Source: Azolla caroliniana
Lineage: Eukaryota > Plantae > Polypodiophyta
NCBI GenBank assembly: GCA_043228905.1
Contig: JBHGNT010000010.1
Location: 372,001 to 436,000, forward strand
Direction: 5' to 3'
DNA: 64,000 nucleotides
The position numbers and the translations under genes are program-made. The notes beneath the pieces are model-generated. The model did no database searches and was not told the DNA's origin. It saw nothing but the letters and a program-made list of their open reading frames with translations. Position 1 is the stretch's first letter. Each line of letters starts with the position of its first letter. Shown here one piece after another: positions 40,850 through 54,100 of this stretch.

Positions 40850-43800
40850 TCATAGGTAGCGTTGTTAGCTTCGAATCGCATGTTTGAACACAAAAATCCG
40901 ATATCACATGGGCCAGCTATCAACATTTTAATTTACTCACGGGCTCTTCTCAACTCCCTCTTCAAATTTGGTAATTTCTTCATGTCTCTCGACCTGAGTT
41001 TGAAAATCTTGATTTTTTAATTCCATATCATAGGTAGCGTTGTTAGCTTCGTTTCGCATGTTTGAACACAAAAATCCGGGATCACACGAGGCAGGTATGA
41101 ACATTTTAATTTATTCACGCGCTCTTCTCAACTCCCTCGTCAAATTTGGTAATTTCCTCATGTCTCTCGACCTGAGTTTCAAAATCTTGATTTTTTAATT
41201 CCATATCATAGGTAGCGTTGTTAGCTTCGATTCGGATCTTTGAACACAAAAATCCGGGATCACACGAGCCAGGTATGAACATTTTAATTTACTCACGCGC
41301 TCTTCTCAACTCCCTCCTCAAATTTGGTAATTTCTTCATGTCTCTCGACCTGAGTTTCAAAATATTGATTTTTTAATTCCATATCATAGCTAGTGTTGTT
41401 TGCTTCGATTCAAATGTTTGAACACAAAAATCCGATATCACGTGGGCCAGCTATCAACGTTTTAATTTACTCACGGGCTCTTCTCAACTCCCTCCTCAAA
41501 TTTGGTAATTTCTTCATGTCTCTCGACCTGAGTTTGAAAATCTTGATTTTTTAATTCCATATCATAGGTAGCGTTGTTAGCTTCGTTTCGCATGTTTGAA
41601 CACAGAAATCCGGGATCACACGAGCCAGGTATGAACATTTTAATTTATTCACGCGCTCTTCTCAACTCCCTCGTCAAATTTGGTAATTTTCTCATGTCTC
41701 TCGACCTGAGTTTCAAAATATTGATTTTTTAATTCCATATCATAGATAGCGTTGTTAGCTTCGATTCGGATCTTTGAACACAGAAATCCGGGATCACACG
41801 AGCGAGGTATGAACATATTAATTTACTCACGGGCTCTTCTCAACTCCTTCTTCTAACTTGCCAATTTCTTCATGTCTCTCGACCTGAGTTTCAAAATCTT
41901 GATTTTTTAATTCCATATCTTAGGTAGCGTTGTGAGCTTCGAATCGCCAGTTTGAACACAAAAATCCGAGATCACACGAGCCAGGTATGAACATTTTAAT
42001 TTACTCACGGGCTCTTCTCAACTCCCTCTTCTAACTCGCCAATTTCTTCATGTTTCTCGACCTGAGTTTCAAAATGTTGATTTTTTAATTCTATATCATA
42101 GGTAGCGTTGTTAGCTTCGAATCGCATGTTTGAACACAAAAATCCGATATCACATGGGCCAGCTATCAACATTTTAATTTACTCACGGGCTCTTCTCAAC
42201 TCCCTCCTCAAATTTGGTAATTTCTTCATGTCTCTCGACCTGAGTTTCAAAATCTTGATTTTTTAATTCCATATCATAGGTAGCGTTGTTAGCTTAGTTT
42301 CGCATATTTGAACACAGAAATCCGGGATCACACGAGCCAGGTATGAACATTTTAATTTATTCACGCGCTCTTCTCAACTCCCTCGTCAAATTTGGTAATT
42401 TCCTCATGTCTCTCGACCTGAGTTTCAAAATGTTGATTTTTTAATTCCATATCATAGGTAGCGTTGTTAGCTTCGATTCGGATCTTTGAACACAAAAATC
42501 CGGGATCACACGAGCCAGGTATGAACATTTTAATTTACTCACGCGCTCTTCTCAACTCCCTCCTCAAATTTGGTAATTTCTTCATGTCTCTCGACCTGAG
42601 TTTCAAAATATTGATTTTTTAATTCCATATCATAGCTAGTGTTGTTAGCTTCGATTCACATGTTTGAACACAAAAATCCGATATGACATGGGCCAGCTAT
42701 CAACATTTTAATTTACTCAAGGGCTCTTCTCAACTCCCTCCTCAAATTTGGTAATTTCTTCATGTCTCTCGACCTGAATTTGAAAATCTTGATTTTTTAA
42801 TTCCATATCATAGGTAGCGTTGTTAGCTTCGATTCGCATGTTTGAACACAAAAATCCGAGATCACACGAGCCAGGTATGAACATTTTAAATTATTCACGC
42901 GCTCTTCTCAACTCCTTCTTGTAACTTGCTAATTTCTTCATGTCTCTCGACCTGAGTTTCAAAATCTTGATTTTTTAAATCCATATCATAGGTAGTGTTC
43001 TTAGCTTCGAATCGCATGTTTGAACACAAAAATCCGATATCACATGGGCCAGGTATGAACATTTTAATTTACTCACGGGCTCTTCTCAACTCCCTCTTCT
43101 AACTTGCCAATTTCTTCATGTCTCTCGACCTGAGTTTCAAAATCTTGATTTTTTAATTCCATATCATAGGTAGCGTTGTTAGCTTCGAATCGCATGTTTG
43201 AACACAAAAATCCGATATCACATGGGCCAGCTATCAACATTTTAATTTACTCACGGGCTCTTCTCAACTCCCTCTTCAAATTTGGTAATTTCTTCATGTC
43301 TCTCGACCTGAGTTTGAAAATCTTGATTTTTTAATTCCATATCATAGGTAGCGTTGTTAGCTTCGTTTCGCATGTTTGAACACAGAAATCCGGGATCACA
43401 CGAGGCAGGTATGAACATTTTAATTTATTCACGCGCTCTTCTCAACTCCCTCGTCAAATTTGGTAATTTCCTCATGTCTCTCGACCTGAGTTTGAAAATC
43501 TTGATTTTTTAATTCCATATCATAGGTAGCGTTGTTAGCTTCGTTTCGCATGTTTGAACACAGAAATCCGGGATCACACGAGGCAGGTATGAACATTTTA
43601 ATTTATTCACGCGCTCTTCTCAACTCCCTCGTCAAATTTGGTAATTTCCTCATGTCTCTCGACCTGAGTTTCAAAATCTTGATTTTTTAATTCCATATCA
43701 TAGGTAGCGTTGTTAGCTTCGATTCGGATCTTTGAACACAAAAATCCGGGATCACACGAGCCAGGTATGAACATTTTAATTTACTCACGCGCTCTTCTCA

Positions 43801-45660
43801 ACTCCCTCCTCAAATTTGGTAATTTCTTCATGTCTCTCGACCTGAGTTTCAAAATATTGATTTTTTAATTCCATATCATAGCTAGTGTTGTTAGCTTCGA
43901 TTCAAATGTTTGAACACAAAAATCCGATATCACGTGGGCCAGCTATCAACGTTTTAATTTACTCACGGGCTCTTCTCAACTCCCTCCTCAAATTTGGTAA
44001 TTTCTTCATGTCTCTCGACCTGAGTTTGAAAATCTTGATTTTTTAATTCCATATCATAGGTAGCGTTGTTAGCTTCGTTTCGCATGTTTGAACACAGAAA
44101 TCCGGGATCACACGAGCCAGGTATGACCATTTTAATTTATTCACGCGCTCTTCTCAACTCCCTCGTCAAATTTGGTAATTTTCTCATGTCTCTCGACCTG
44201 AGTTTCAAAATATTGATTTTTTAATTCCATATCATAGATAGCGTTGTTAGCTTCGATTCGGATCTTTGAACACAGAAATCCGGGATCACACGAGCGAGGT
44301 ATGAACATATTAATTTACTCACGGGCTCTTCTCAACTCCTTCTTCTAACTTGCCAATTTCTTCATGTCTCTCGACCTGAGTTTCAAAATCTTGATTTTTT
44401 AATTCCATATCTTAGGTAGCGTTGTGAGCTTCGAATCGCCAGTTTGAACACAAAAATCCGAGATCACACGAGCCAGGTATGAACATTTTAATTTACTCAC
44501 GGGCTCTTCTCAACTCCCTCTTCTAACTCGCCAATTTCTTCATGTTTCTCGACCTGAGTTTCAAAATGTTGATTTTTTAATTCTATATCATAGGTAGCGT
44601 TGTTAGCTTCGAATCGCATGTTTGAACACAAAAATCCGATATCACATGGGCCAGCTATCAACATTTTAATTTACTCACGGGCTCTTCTCAACTCCCTCCT
44701 CAAATTTGGTAATTTCTTCATGTCTCTCGACCTGAGTTTCAAAATCTTGATTTTTTAATTCCATATCATAGGTAGCGTTGTTAGCTTAGTTTCGCATGTT
44801 TGAACACAGAAATCCGGGATCACACGAGCCAGGTATGAACATTTTAATTTATTCACGCGCTCTTCTCAACTCCCTCGTCAAATTTGGTAATTTCCTCATG
44901 TCTCTCGACCTGAGTTTCAAAATGTTGATTTTTTAATTCCATATCATAGGTAGCGTTGTTAGCTTCGATTCGGATCTTTGAACACAAAAATCCGGGATCA
45001 CACGAGCCAGGTATGAACATTTTAATTTACTCACGCGCTCTTCTCAACTCCCTCCTCAAATTTGGTAATTTCTTCATGTCTCTCGACCTGAGTTTCAAAA
45101 TATTGATTTTTTAATTCCATATCATAGCTAGTGTTGTTAGCTTCGATTCACATGTTTGAACACAAAAATCCGATATGACATGGGCCAGCTATCAACATTT
45201 TAATTTACTCAAGGGCTCTTCTCAACTCCCTCCTCAAATTTGGTAATTTCTTCATGTCTCTCGACCTGAATTTGAAAATCTTGATTTTTTAATTCCATAT
45301 CATAGGTAGCGTTGTTAGCTTCGATTCGCATGTTTGAACACAAAAATCCGAGATCACACGAGCCAGGTATGAACATTTTAAATTATTCACGCGCTCTTCT
45401 CAACTCCTTCTTGTAACTTGCTAATTTCTTCATGTCTCTCGACCTGAGTTTCAAAATCTTGATTTTTTAAATCCATATCATAGGTAGTGTTCTTAGCTTC
45501 GAATCGCATGTTTGAACACAAAAATCCGATATCACATGGGCCAGGTATGAACATTTTAATTTACTCACGGGCTCTTCTCAACTCCCTCTTCTAACTTGCC
45601 AATTTCTTCATGTCTCTCGACCTGAGTTTCAAAATCTTGATTTTTTAATTCCATATCATA
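40850..45660 (+). repeat. Tandem higher-order duplication, 13/14 monomers (2314-2492 bp) x2
   Basis: agcttagttt (42291/44783), caacgtttt, gaacatatta, actcaagggc and cctgaatttg recur at offset 2492 = 14x178. The second copy has one extra gaggcagg monomer. Confidence 0.87.
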
Positions 45661-46547
45661 GATAGCGTTGTTAGCTTCGAATCGCATGTTTGAACACAAA
45701 AATCCGAGATCACACGAGCCAGGTATGAACATTTTAAATTATTCACGCGCTCTTCTCAACTCCTTCTTGTAACTTGCTAATTTCTTCATGTCTCTCGACC
45801 TGAGTTTCAAAATCTTGATTTTTTAAATCCATATCATAGGTAGTGTTCTTAGCTTCGAATCGCATGTTTGAACACAAAAATCCGATATCACATGGGCCAG
45901 GTATGAACATTTTAATTTACTCACGGGCTCTTCTCACCTCCCTCTTCTAACTTGCCAATTTCTTCATGTCTCTCGACCTGAGTTTCAAAATCTTGATTTT
46001 TTAATTCCATATCATAGATAGCGTTGTTAGCTTCGAATCGCATGTTTGAACACAAAAATCCGATATCACATGGGCCAGGTATGAACATTTTAATTTACTC
46101 ACAGGCTCTTCTCAACTCCCTCTTCTAACTTGCCAATTTCTTCATGTCTCTAGAACTGAGTTTCAAAATCTTGATTTTTTTATTCTATATCATAGCTAGT
46201 GTTGTTAGCTTCGATTTGGCATCTTTGAACACAAAAATCCGGGATCACACGAGCCAGGTATGAACATTTTAATTTACTCACGCGCTCTTCTCAACTCCCT
46301 CTTCTAACTTGCCAATTTCTTCATGTCTCTCGACCTGAGTTTCAAAATCTCGATTTTTTAACTCCATATTATATGTAGCGTTGTTAGCTTCGATTCGCAT
46401 ATTTGAACACTATAATCCGAGATCACATGGGCCAGGTATGAACATTTTAATTTACTCACGGGCTCTTCTCAACTCCCTCCTCAAATTTGGTAATTTGTTC
46501 ATGTCTCTCGACCTGAGTTCCAAAATCTTGATTTTTTAATTCCATAT

Positions 46548-46835
46548 CTGAGGTAGCGTTGTTAGCTTCGATTCGCATCTTTGAACACAAAAATCTGGTA
46601 TCACACGAGCCAGGTATGAAAATTTTAAATTAGTCACGTGCTCTTCTCAACTTCTTCTTCTAACTTGCCAATTTCTTCATGTCTCTCGACCTGAGGTAGC
46701 GTTGTTAGCTTCGAATCACAAGTTTGAACACAAAAATCCGAGATCACACGAGCCAGGTATGAACATTTTAAATTAGTCACGTGCTCTTCTCAACTTCTTC
46801 TTCTAACTTGCCAATTTCTTCATGTCTCTCGACCT
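46548..46835 (+). repeat. 143-bp truncated monomer formed at a ctgag microhomology
   Basis: gtctctcgacctgaggtagcgttg at 46681-46704 joins cctgag directly to the tctgaggtag variant and omits 35 bp. Confidence 0.92.
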
Positions 46836-47930
46836 GAGTTTCAAAATCTCGATTTTTTAATTCCATATTATATGTAGCGTTTTTAGCTTCGATTCGCATA
46901 TTTGAACACTATAATCCGAGATCACATGGGCCAGGTATGAACATTTTAATTTACTCACGGGCTCTTCTCAACTCCCTCCTCAAATTTGGTAATTTTTTCA
47001 TGTCTCTCGCCCTGAGTTTCAAAATCTTGATTTTTTAATTCCATATCTTAGGTAGCGTTGTTAGCTTCGAATCGCAAGTTTGAACACAAAAATCCGAGAT
47101 CACACGAGCCAGGTATGAACATTTTAAATTATTCACGTGCTCTTCTCAACTCCTTCTTGTAACTTGCTAATTTCTTCATGTCTCTCGACCTGAGTTTCAA
47201 AATCTTGATTTTTTAAATCCATATCATAGGTAGTGTTCTTAGCTTCGAATCGCATGTTTGAACACAAAAATCCGATATCACATGGGCCAGGTATGAACAT
47301 TTTAATTTACTCGCGGGCTCTTCTCAACTCCCTCTTCTAACTTGCCAATTTCTTCATGTCTCTCGACCTGAGTTTCAAAATCTTGATTTTTTAATTCCAT
47401 ATCATAGATAGCGTTGTTAGCTTCGAATCGCATGTTTGAACACAAAAATCCGAGATCACACGAGCCAGGTATGAACATTTTAAATTATTCACGCGCTCTT
47501 CTCAACTCCTTCTTGTAACTTGCTAATTTCTTCATGTCTCTCGACCTGAGTTTCAAAATCTTGATTTTTTAAATCCATATCATAGGTAGTGTTCTTAGCT
47601 TCGACTCGCATGTTTGAACACAAAAATCCGATATCACATGGGCCAGGTATGAACATTTTAATTTACTCACGGGCTCTTCTCAACTCCCTCTTCTAACTTG
47701 CCAATTTCTTCATGTCTCTCGACCTGAGTTTCAAAATCTTGATTTTTTAATTCCATATCATAGATAGCGTTGTTAGCTTTGAATCGCATGTTTGAACACA
47801 AAAATCCGATATCACATGGGCCAGGTATGAACATTTTAATTTACTCACAGGCTCTTCTCAACTCCCTCTTCTAACTTGCCAATTTCTTCATGTCTCTCTA
47901 CCTGAGTTTCAAAATGTTGATTTTTTAATT

Positions 47931-47945
47931 CCAGATCTTTGAACA
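47931..47945 (+). other. 31-bp deletion junction (atc microhomology); second copy at 61461-61475
   Basis: ccagatctttgaacacaata here, versus intact ccagatcataggtagtgttgttagcttcgattcgcatctttgaacacaata at 52705 and 57848. Confidence 0.93.
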
Positions 47946-48149
47946 CAATAATCTGGTATCACACGAGCCAGGTATGAAAATTTTAATTTACTCACGCGCT
48001 CTTCTCAACTCCCTCGTCAAATTTGGTAATTTGTTCATGTCTCTCGACCTGAGTTTCAAAATCTTGATTTTTTAATTCTATATCATAGCTAGTGTTGTTA
48101 GGTTCGATTCGCATCTTTGAACACAAAAATCTGGTATCACACGAGCCAG

Positions 48150-51100
48150 GTATGAAAATTTTAAATTAGTCACGGGCTCTTCTCAACTCCCTCCTCAAAT
48201 TTGGTAATTTCTTCATGTCTCTCGTCCTGAGTTTCAAAATCTTGATTTTTTAATTCCATATCTTAGGTAGCGTTGTTAGCTTCGAATCGCAAGTTTGAAC
48301 ACAAAAATCCGAGATCACACGAGCCAGGTATGAACATTTTAATTTACTCACGGGCTCTTCTCAACTCCCTCTTCTAACTTGCCACTTTCTTCATGTCTCT
48401 CGACCTGAGTTTCAAAATCTTGATTTTTTAATTCCATATCATAGGTAGCGTTTTAGCTTCGATTCGCATGTTTGAACACAGAAATCCGGGATCACACGAG
48501 CCAGGTATGAACATTTTAATTTACTCACGGGCTCTTCTCAACTCCCTCCTCAAATTTGATAATTTCTTCATTTCTCTCGACCTGAGTTTCAAAATCTTGA
48601 TTTTTTAATTCCATATCTTAGGTAGCATTGTTAGCTTCGAATCGCATGTTTGAACACAGAAATCCGGGATCACACGAGCCAGGTATGAACATTTTAAATT
48701 ACTCACGGGCTCTTCTCAACTCCTTCTTGTAACTTGCTAATTTCTTCATGTCTCTCGACCTGAGTTTCAAAATCTTGATTTTTTAAATCCATATCATAGG
48801 TAGTGTTCTTAGCTTCGAATCGCATGTTTGAACACAAAAATCCGATATCACATGGGCCAGGTATGAACATTTTAATTTACTCACGGGCTCTTCTCAACTC
48901 CCTCTTCTAACTTGCCAATTTCTTCATGTCTCTCGACCTGAGTTTCAAAATCTTGATTTTTTAATTCCATATCATAGATAGCGTTGTTAGCTTCGATTCG
49001 CATGTTTGAACACAAAAATCCGATATCACATGGGCCAGGTATGAACATTTTAATTTACTCACAGGCTCTTCTCAACTCCCTCTTCTAACTTGCCAATTTC
49101 TTCATGTCTCTAGAACTGAGTTTCAAAATCTTGATTTTTTTATTCTATATCATAGCTAGTGTTGTTAGCTTCGATTTGGCATCTTTGAACACAAAAATCC
49201 GGGATCACACGAGCCAGGTATGAACATTTTAATTTACTCACGCGCTCTTCTCAACTCCCTCTTCTAACTTGCCAATTTCTTCATGTCTCTCGACCTGAGT
49301 TTCAAAATCTCGATTTTTTAACTCCATATTATATGTAGCGTTGTTAGCTTCGATTCGCATATTTGAACACTATAATCCGAGATCACATGGGCCAGGTATG
49401 AACATTTTAATTTACTCACGGGCTCTTCTCAACTCCCTCCTCAAATTTGGTAATTTGTTCATGTCTCTCGACCTGAGTTTCAAAATCTTGATTTTTTAAT
49501 TCCATATCTGAGGTAGCGTTGTTAGCTTCGAATCGCAAGTTTGAACACAAAAATCCGAGATCACACAAGCCAGGTATGAACATTTTAAATTAGTCACGGG
49601 CTCTTCTCAACTTCTTCTTCTAACTTGCCAATTTCTTCATGTCTCTCGACCTGAGTTTCAAAATCTCGATTTTTTAATTCCATATTATATGTAGCGTTTT
49701 TAGCTTCGATTCGCATATTTGAACACTATAATCCGAGATCACATGGGCCAGGTATGAACATTTTAATTTACTCACGGGCTCTTCTCAACTCCCTCCTCAA
49801 ATTTGGTAATTTTTTCATGTCTCTCGCCCTGAGTTTCAAAATCTTGTTTTTTTAATTCCATATCATAGGTAGCGTTGTTAGCTTCGAATCGCATGTTTGA
49901 ACACAAAAATCCGATATCACATGGGCCAGGTATGAACATTTTAATTTACTCACGGGCTCTTCACAACTCCCTCCTCAAATTTGGTAATTTTTCCATGTCT
50001 CTCGACCTGAGTTTCAAAATCTTGATTTTTTAATTCCATATCTTAGGTAGCGTTGTTAGCTTCGAATCGCAAGTTTGAACACAAAAATCCGAGATCACAC
50101 GAGCCAGGTATGAACATTTTAAATTATTCACGCGCTCTTCTCAACTCCTTCTTGTAACTTGCTAATTTCTTCATGTCTCTCGACCTGAGTTTCAAAATCT
50201 TGATTTTTCAAATCCATATCATAGGTAGTGTTCTTAGCTTCGAATCGCATGTTTGAACACAAAAATCCGATATCACATGGGCCAGGTATGAACATTTTAA
50301 TTTACTCACGGGCTCTTCTCAACTCCCTCTTCTAACTTGCCAATTTCTTCATGTCTCTCGACCTGAGTTTCAAAATCTTGATTTTTTAATTCCATATCAT
50401 AGATAGCGTTGTTAGCTTCGAATAGCATGTTTGAACACAAAAATCCGATATCACATGGGCCAGGTATGAACATTTTAATTTACTCACAGGCTCTTCTCAA
50501 CTCCCTCTTCTAACTTGCCAATTTCTTCATGTCTCTCGACCTGAGTTTCAAAATGTTGATTTTTTAATTCTATATCATAGGTAGCGTTGTTAGCTTCGAA
50601 TCGCATGTTTGAACACAAATATCCAATATCACACGAGCCAGGTATGAACATTTTAATTTACTCACGGTCTCCTTTCAACTCCCTCCTCAAATTTGGTAAT
50701 TTCTTCATGGCTCTCGACCTGAGTTTCAAAATCTTGATTTTTTAATTCTATATCATAGGTAGCGTTGTTAGCTTCGAATCGCATGTTTGACCACAGCAAT
50801 TCGGGATCACACGAGCCAGGTATGTACATTTTAATTTACTCACGGGCTCTTCTCAACTCCCTCCTCAAATTTGGTAATTTTTCCATGTCTCTCGACCTGA
50901 GTTTCAAAATCTTGATTTTTTAATTCCATATCTTAGGTAGCATTGTTAGCTTCGAATCGCAAGTTTGAACACAAAAATCCGAGATCACACGAGCCAGGTA
51001 TGAACATTTTAATTTACTCACGCGCTCTTCTCAACTCCTTCTTCAAACTTGCTAATGTCTTCATGTCTCTCGACCTGAGTTTCAAAATCTTGATATTTTA

Positions 51101-54100
51101 ATTCCATATCATAGGTAGCGTTATTAGCTTCGATTCGCATGTTTGAACACAAAAATCCGATATCACATGGGCCAGGTATGAACATTTTAATTTACTCACG
51201 GGCTCTTCTCAACTCCCTCCTCAAATTTGGTAATTTCTTCATGTCTCTCGACCTGAGTTTCAAAATCTTGATTTTTTAATTCTATATCATAGATAGCGTT
51301 GTTAGCTTCAAATCGCATGTTTGAACACAAAAATCCGGGATCACACGAGCCAGGTATGAACATTTTAATTTACTCACGGGCTCTTCTCAACTCCCTCTTC
51401 TAACTTGCCAATTTCTTCATGTCTCTCGACCTGAGTTTCAAAATCTTGATTTTTTAATTCCATATCATAGATAGCGTTGTTAGCTTCGAATCGCATCTTT
51501 GAACACAAAAATCTGGTATCACACGAGCCAGGTATGAAAATTTTAATTTACTCACGCGCTCTTCTCAACTCCCTCGTCAAATTTGGTAATTTCTTCATGT
51601 CTCTCGACCTGAGTTTCAAAATCTTGATTTTTTAATTCTATATCATAGCTAGTGTTGTTAGCTTCGATTCGCATCTTTGAACACAAAAATCTGGTATCAC
51701 ACGAGCCAGGTATGAAAATTTTTAATTAGTCACGGGCTCTTCTCAACTCCCTCCTAAAATTTGGTAATTTCTTCATGTCTCTCGCCCTGAGTTTCAAAAT
51801 CTTGATTTTTTAATTCCATATCTTAGGTAGCGTTGTTAGCTTCGAATCGCAAGTTTGAACACAAAAATCCGAGATCACACGAGCCAGGTATGAACATTTA
51901 AATTATTCACGCGCTCTTCTCAACGCCTTCTTGTAACTTGCTAATTTCTTCATGTCTCTCGACCTGAGTTTCAAAATCTTGATTTTTTAAATCCATATCA
52001 TAGGTAGTGTTCTTAGCTTCGAATCGCATGTTTGAACACAAAAATCCGATATCACATGGGTCAGGTATGAACATTTTAAGTTACTCACGGGCTCTTCTCA
52101 ACTCCCTCTTCTAACTTGCCAATTTCATCATGTCTCTCGACCTGAGTTTCAAAATCTTGATTTTTTAATTCCATATCATAGATAGCGTTGTTAGCTTCGA
52201 ATCGCATGTTTGAACACAAAAATCCGAGATCACACGAGCCAGGTATGAACATTTTAAATTATTCACCCGCTCTTCTCAACTCCTTCTTGTAACTTGCTAA
52301 TTTCTTCATGTCTCTCGACCTGAGTTTCAAAATCTTGATTTTTTAAATCCATATCATAGGTAGTGTTCTTAGCTTCGAATCGCATGTTTGAACACAAAAA
52401 TCCGATATCACATGGGCCAGGTATGAACATTTTAATTTACTCACGGGCTCTTCTCAACTCCCTCTTGTAACTTGCCAATTTCTTCATGTCTCTCGACCTG
52501 AGCTTCAAAATCTTGATTTTTTAATTCCATATCATAGATAGCGTTGTTAGCTTTGAATCGCCTGTTTGAACACAAAAATCCGATATCACATGGGCCAGGT
52601 ATGAACATTTTAATTTACTCACAGGCTCTTCTCAACTCCCTCTTCTAACTTGCCAATTTCTTCATGTCTCTCTACCTGAGTTTCAAAATGTTGATTTTTT
52701 AATTCCAGATCATAGGTAGTGTTGTTAGCTTCGATTCGCATCTTTGAACACAATAATCTGGGATCACACGAGCTTACTCACGCGCTCTTCTCAACTCCCT
52801 CCTCAAATTTGGTAATTTCTTCATGTCTCTCGACCTGAGTTTCAAAATCTTGATTTTTTAATTCCATATCATAGGTAGCGTTGTTAGCTTCGAATCGCAG
52901 GTTTGAACACAAAAATCCGGGATCACACGAGCTAGGTATGAACATTTTAATTTACTCACGGGCTCCTCTCAACTCCCTCCTCAAATTTGGTAATTTCTTC
53001 ATGTCTCTCGACCTGAGTTTCCAAATCTTGATTTTTTAATTCCATATCTTAGGTAGCGTTGTTAGCTTCGAATCGCATGTTTGAACACAAAAATCCGGGA
53101 TCACACGAGCCAGGTATGAACATTTTAATTTACTCACGGGCTCCTCTCAACTCCCTCCTCAAATTTGGTAATTTCTTCATGTCTCTCGACCTGAGTTTTA
53201 AAATCTTGATTTTTTAATTCCATATCATAGGTAGCATTGTTAGCTTCGATTCGCATCTTTGAACATAAAAATCTGGTATCACACGAGCCAGGTATGAAAA
53301 TTTTAAATTAGTCACGGGCTCTTCTCAACTCCCTCCTCAAATTTGGTAATTTCTTCATGTCTCTCGTCCTGAGTTTCAAAATCTTGATTTTTTAATTCCA
53401 TATCTTAGGTAGCGTTGTTAGCTTCGAATCGCAAGTTTGAACACAAAAATCCGAGATCACACGAGCCAGGTATGAACATTTTAATTTACTCACGGGCTCT
53501 TCTCAACTCCCTCTTCTAACTTGCCACTTTCTTCATGTCTCTCGACCTGAGTTTCAAAATCTTGATTTTTTAATTCCATATCATAGGTAGCGTTTTAGCT
53601 TCGATTCGCATGTTTGAACACAGAAATCCGGGATCACACGAGCCAGGTATGAACATTTTAATTTACTCACGGGCTCTTCTCAACTCCCTCCTCAAATTTG
53701 ATAATTTCTTCATTTCTCTCGACCTGAGTTTCAAAATCTTGATTTTTTAATTCCATATCTTAGGTAGCATTGTTAGCTTCGAATCGCATGTTTGAACACA
53801 GAAATCCGGGATCACACGAGCCAGGTATGAACATTTTAAATTACTCACGGGCTCTTCTCAACTCCTTCTTGTAACTTGCTAATTTCTTCATGTCTCTCGA
53901 CCTGAGTTTCAAAATCTTGATTTTTTAAATCCATATCATAGGTAGTGTTCTTAGCTTCGAATCGCATGTTTGAACACAAAAATCCGATATCACATGGGCC
54001 AGGTATGAACATTTTAATTTAGTCACGGGCTCTTCTCAACTCCCTCTTCTAACTTGCCAATTTCTTCATGTCTCTCGACCTGAGTTTCAAAATCTTGATT

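Noticed and set aside
101-51900. Isolated 1-bp deletions (about 107, 20233, 34504, 51898)
   Set aside because: They are singletons absent from sibling copies and cannot be distinguished from sequencing or polishing errors.
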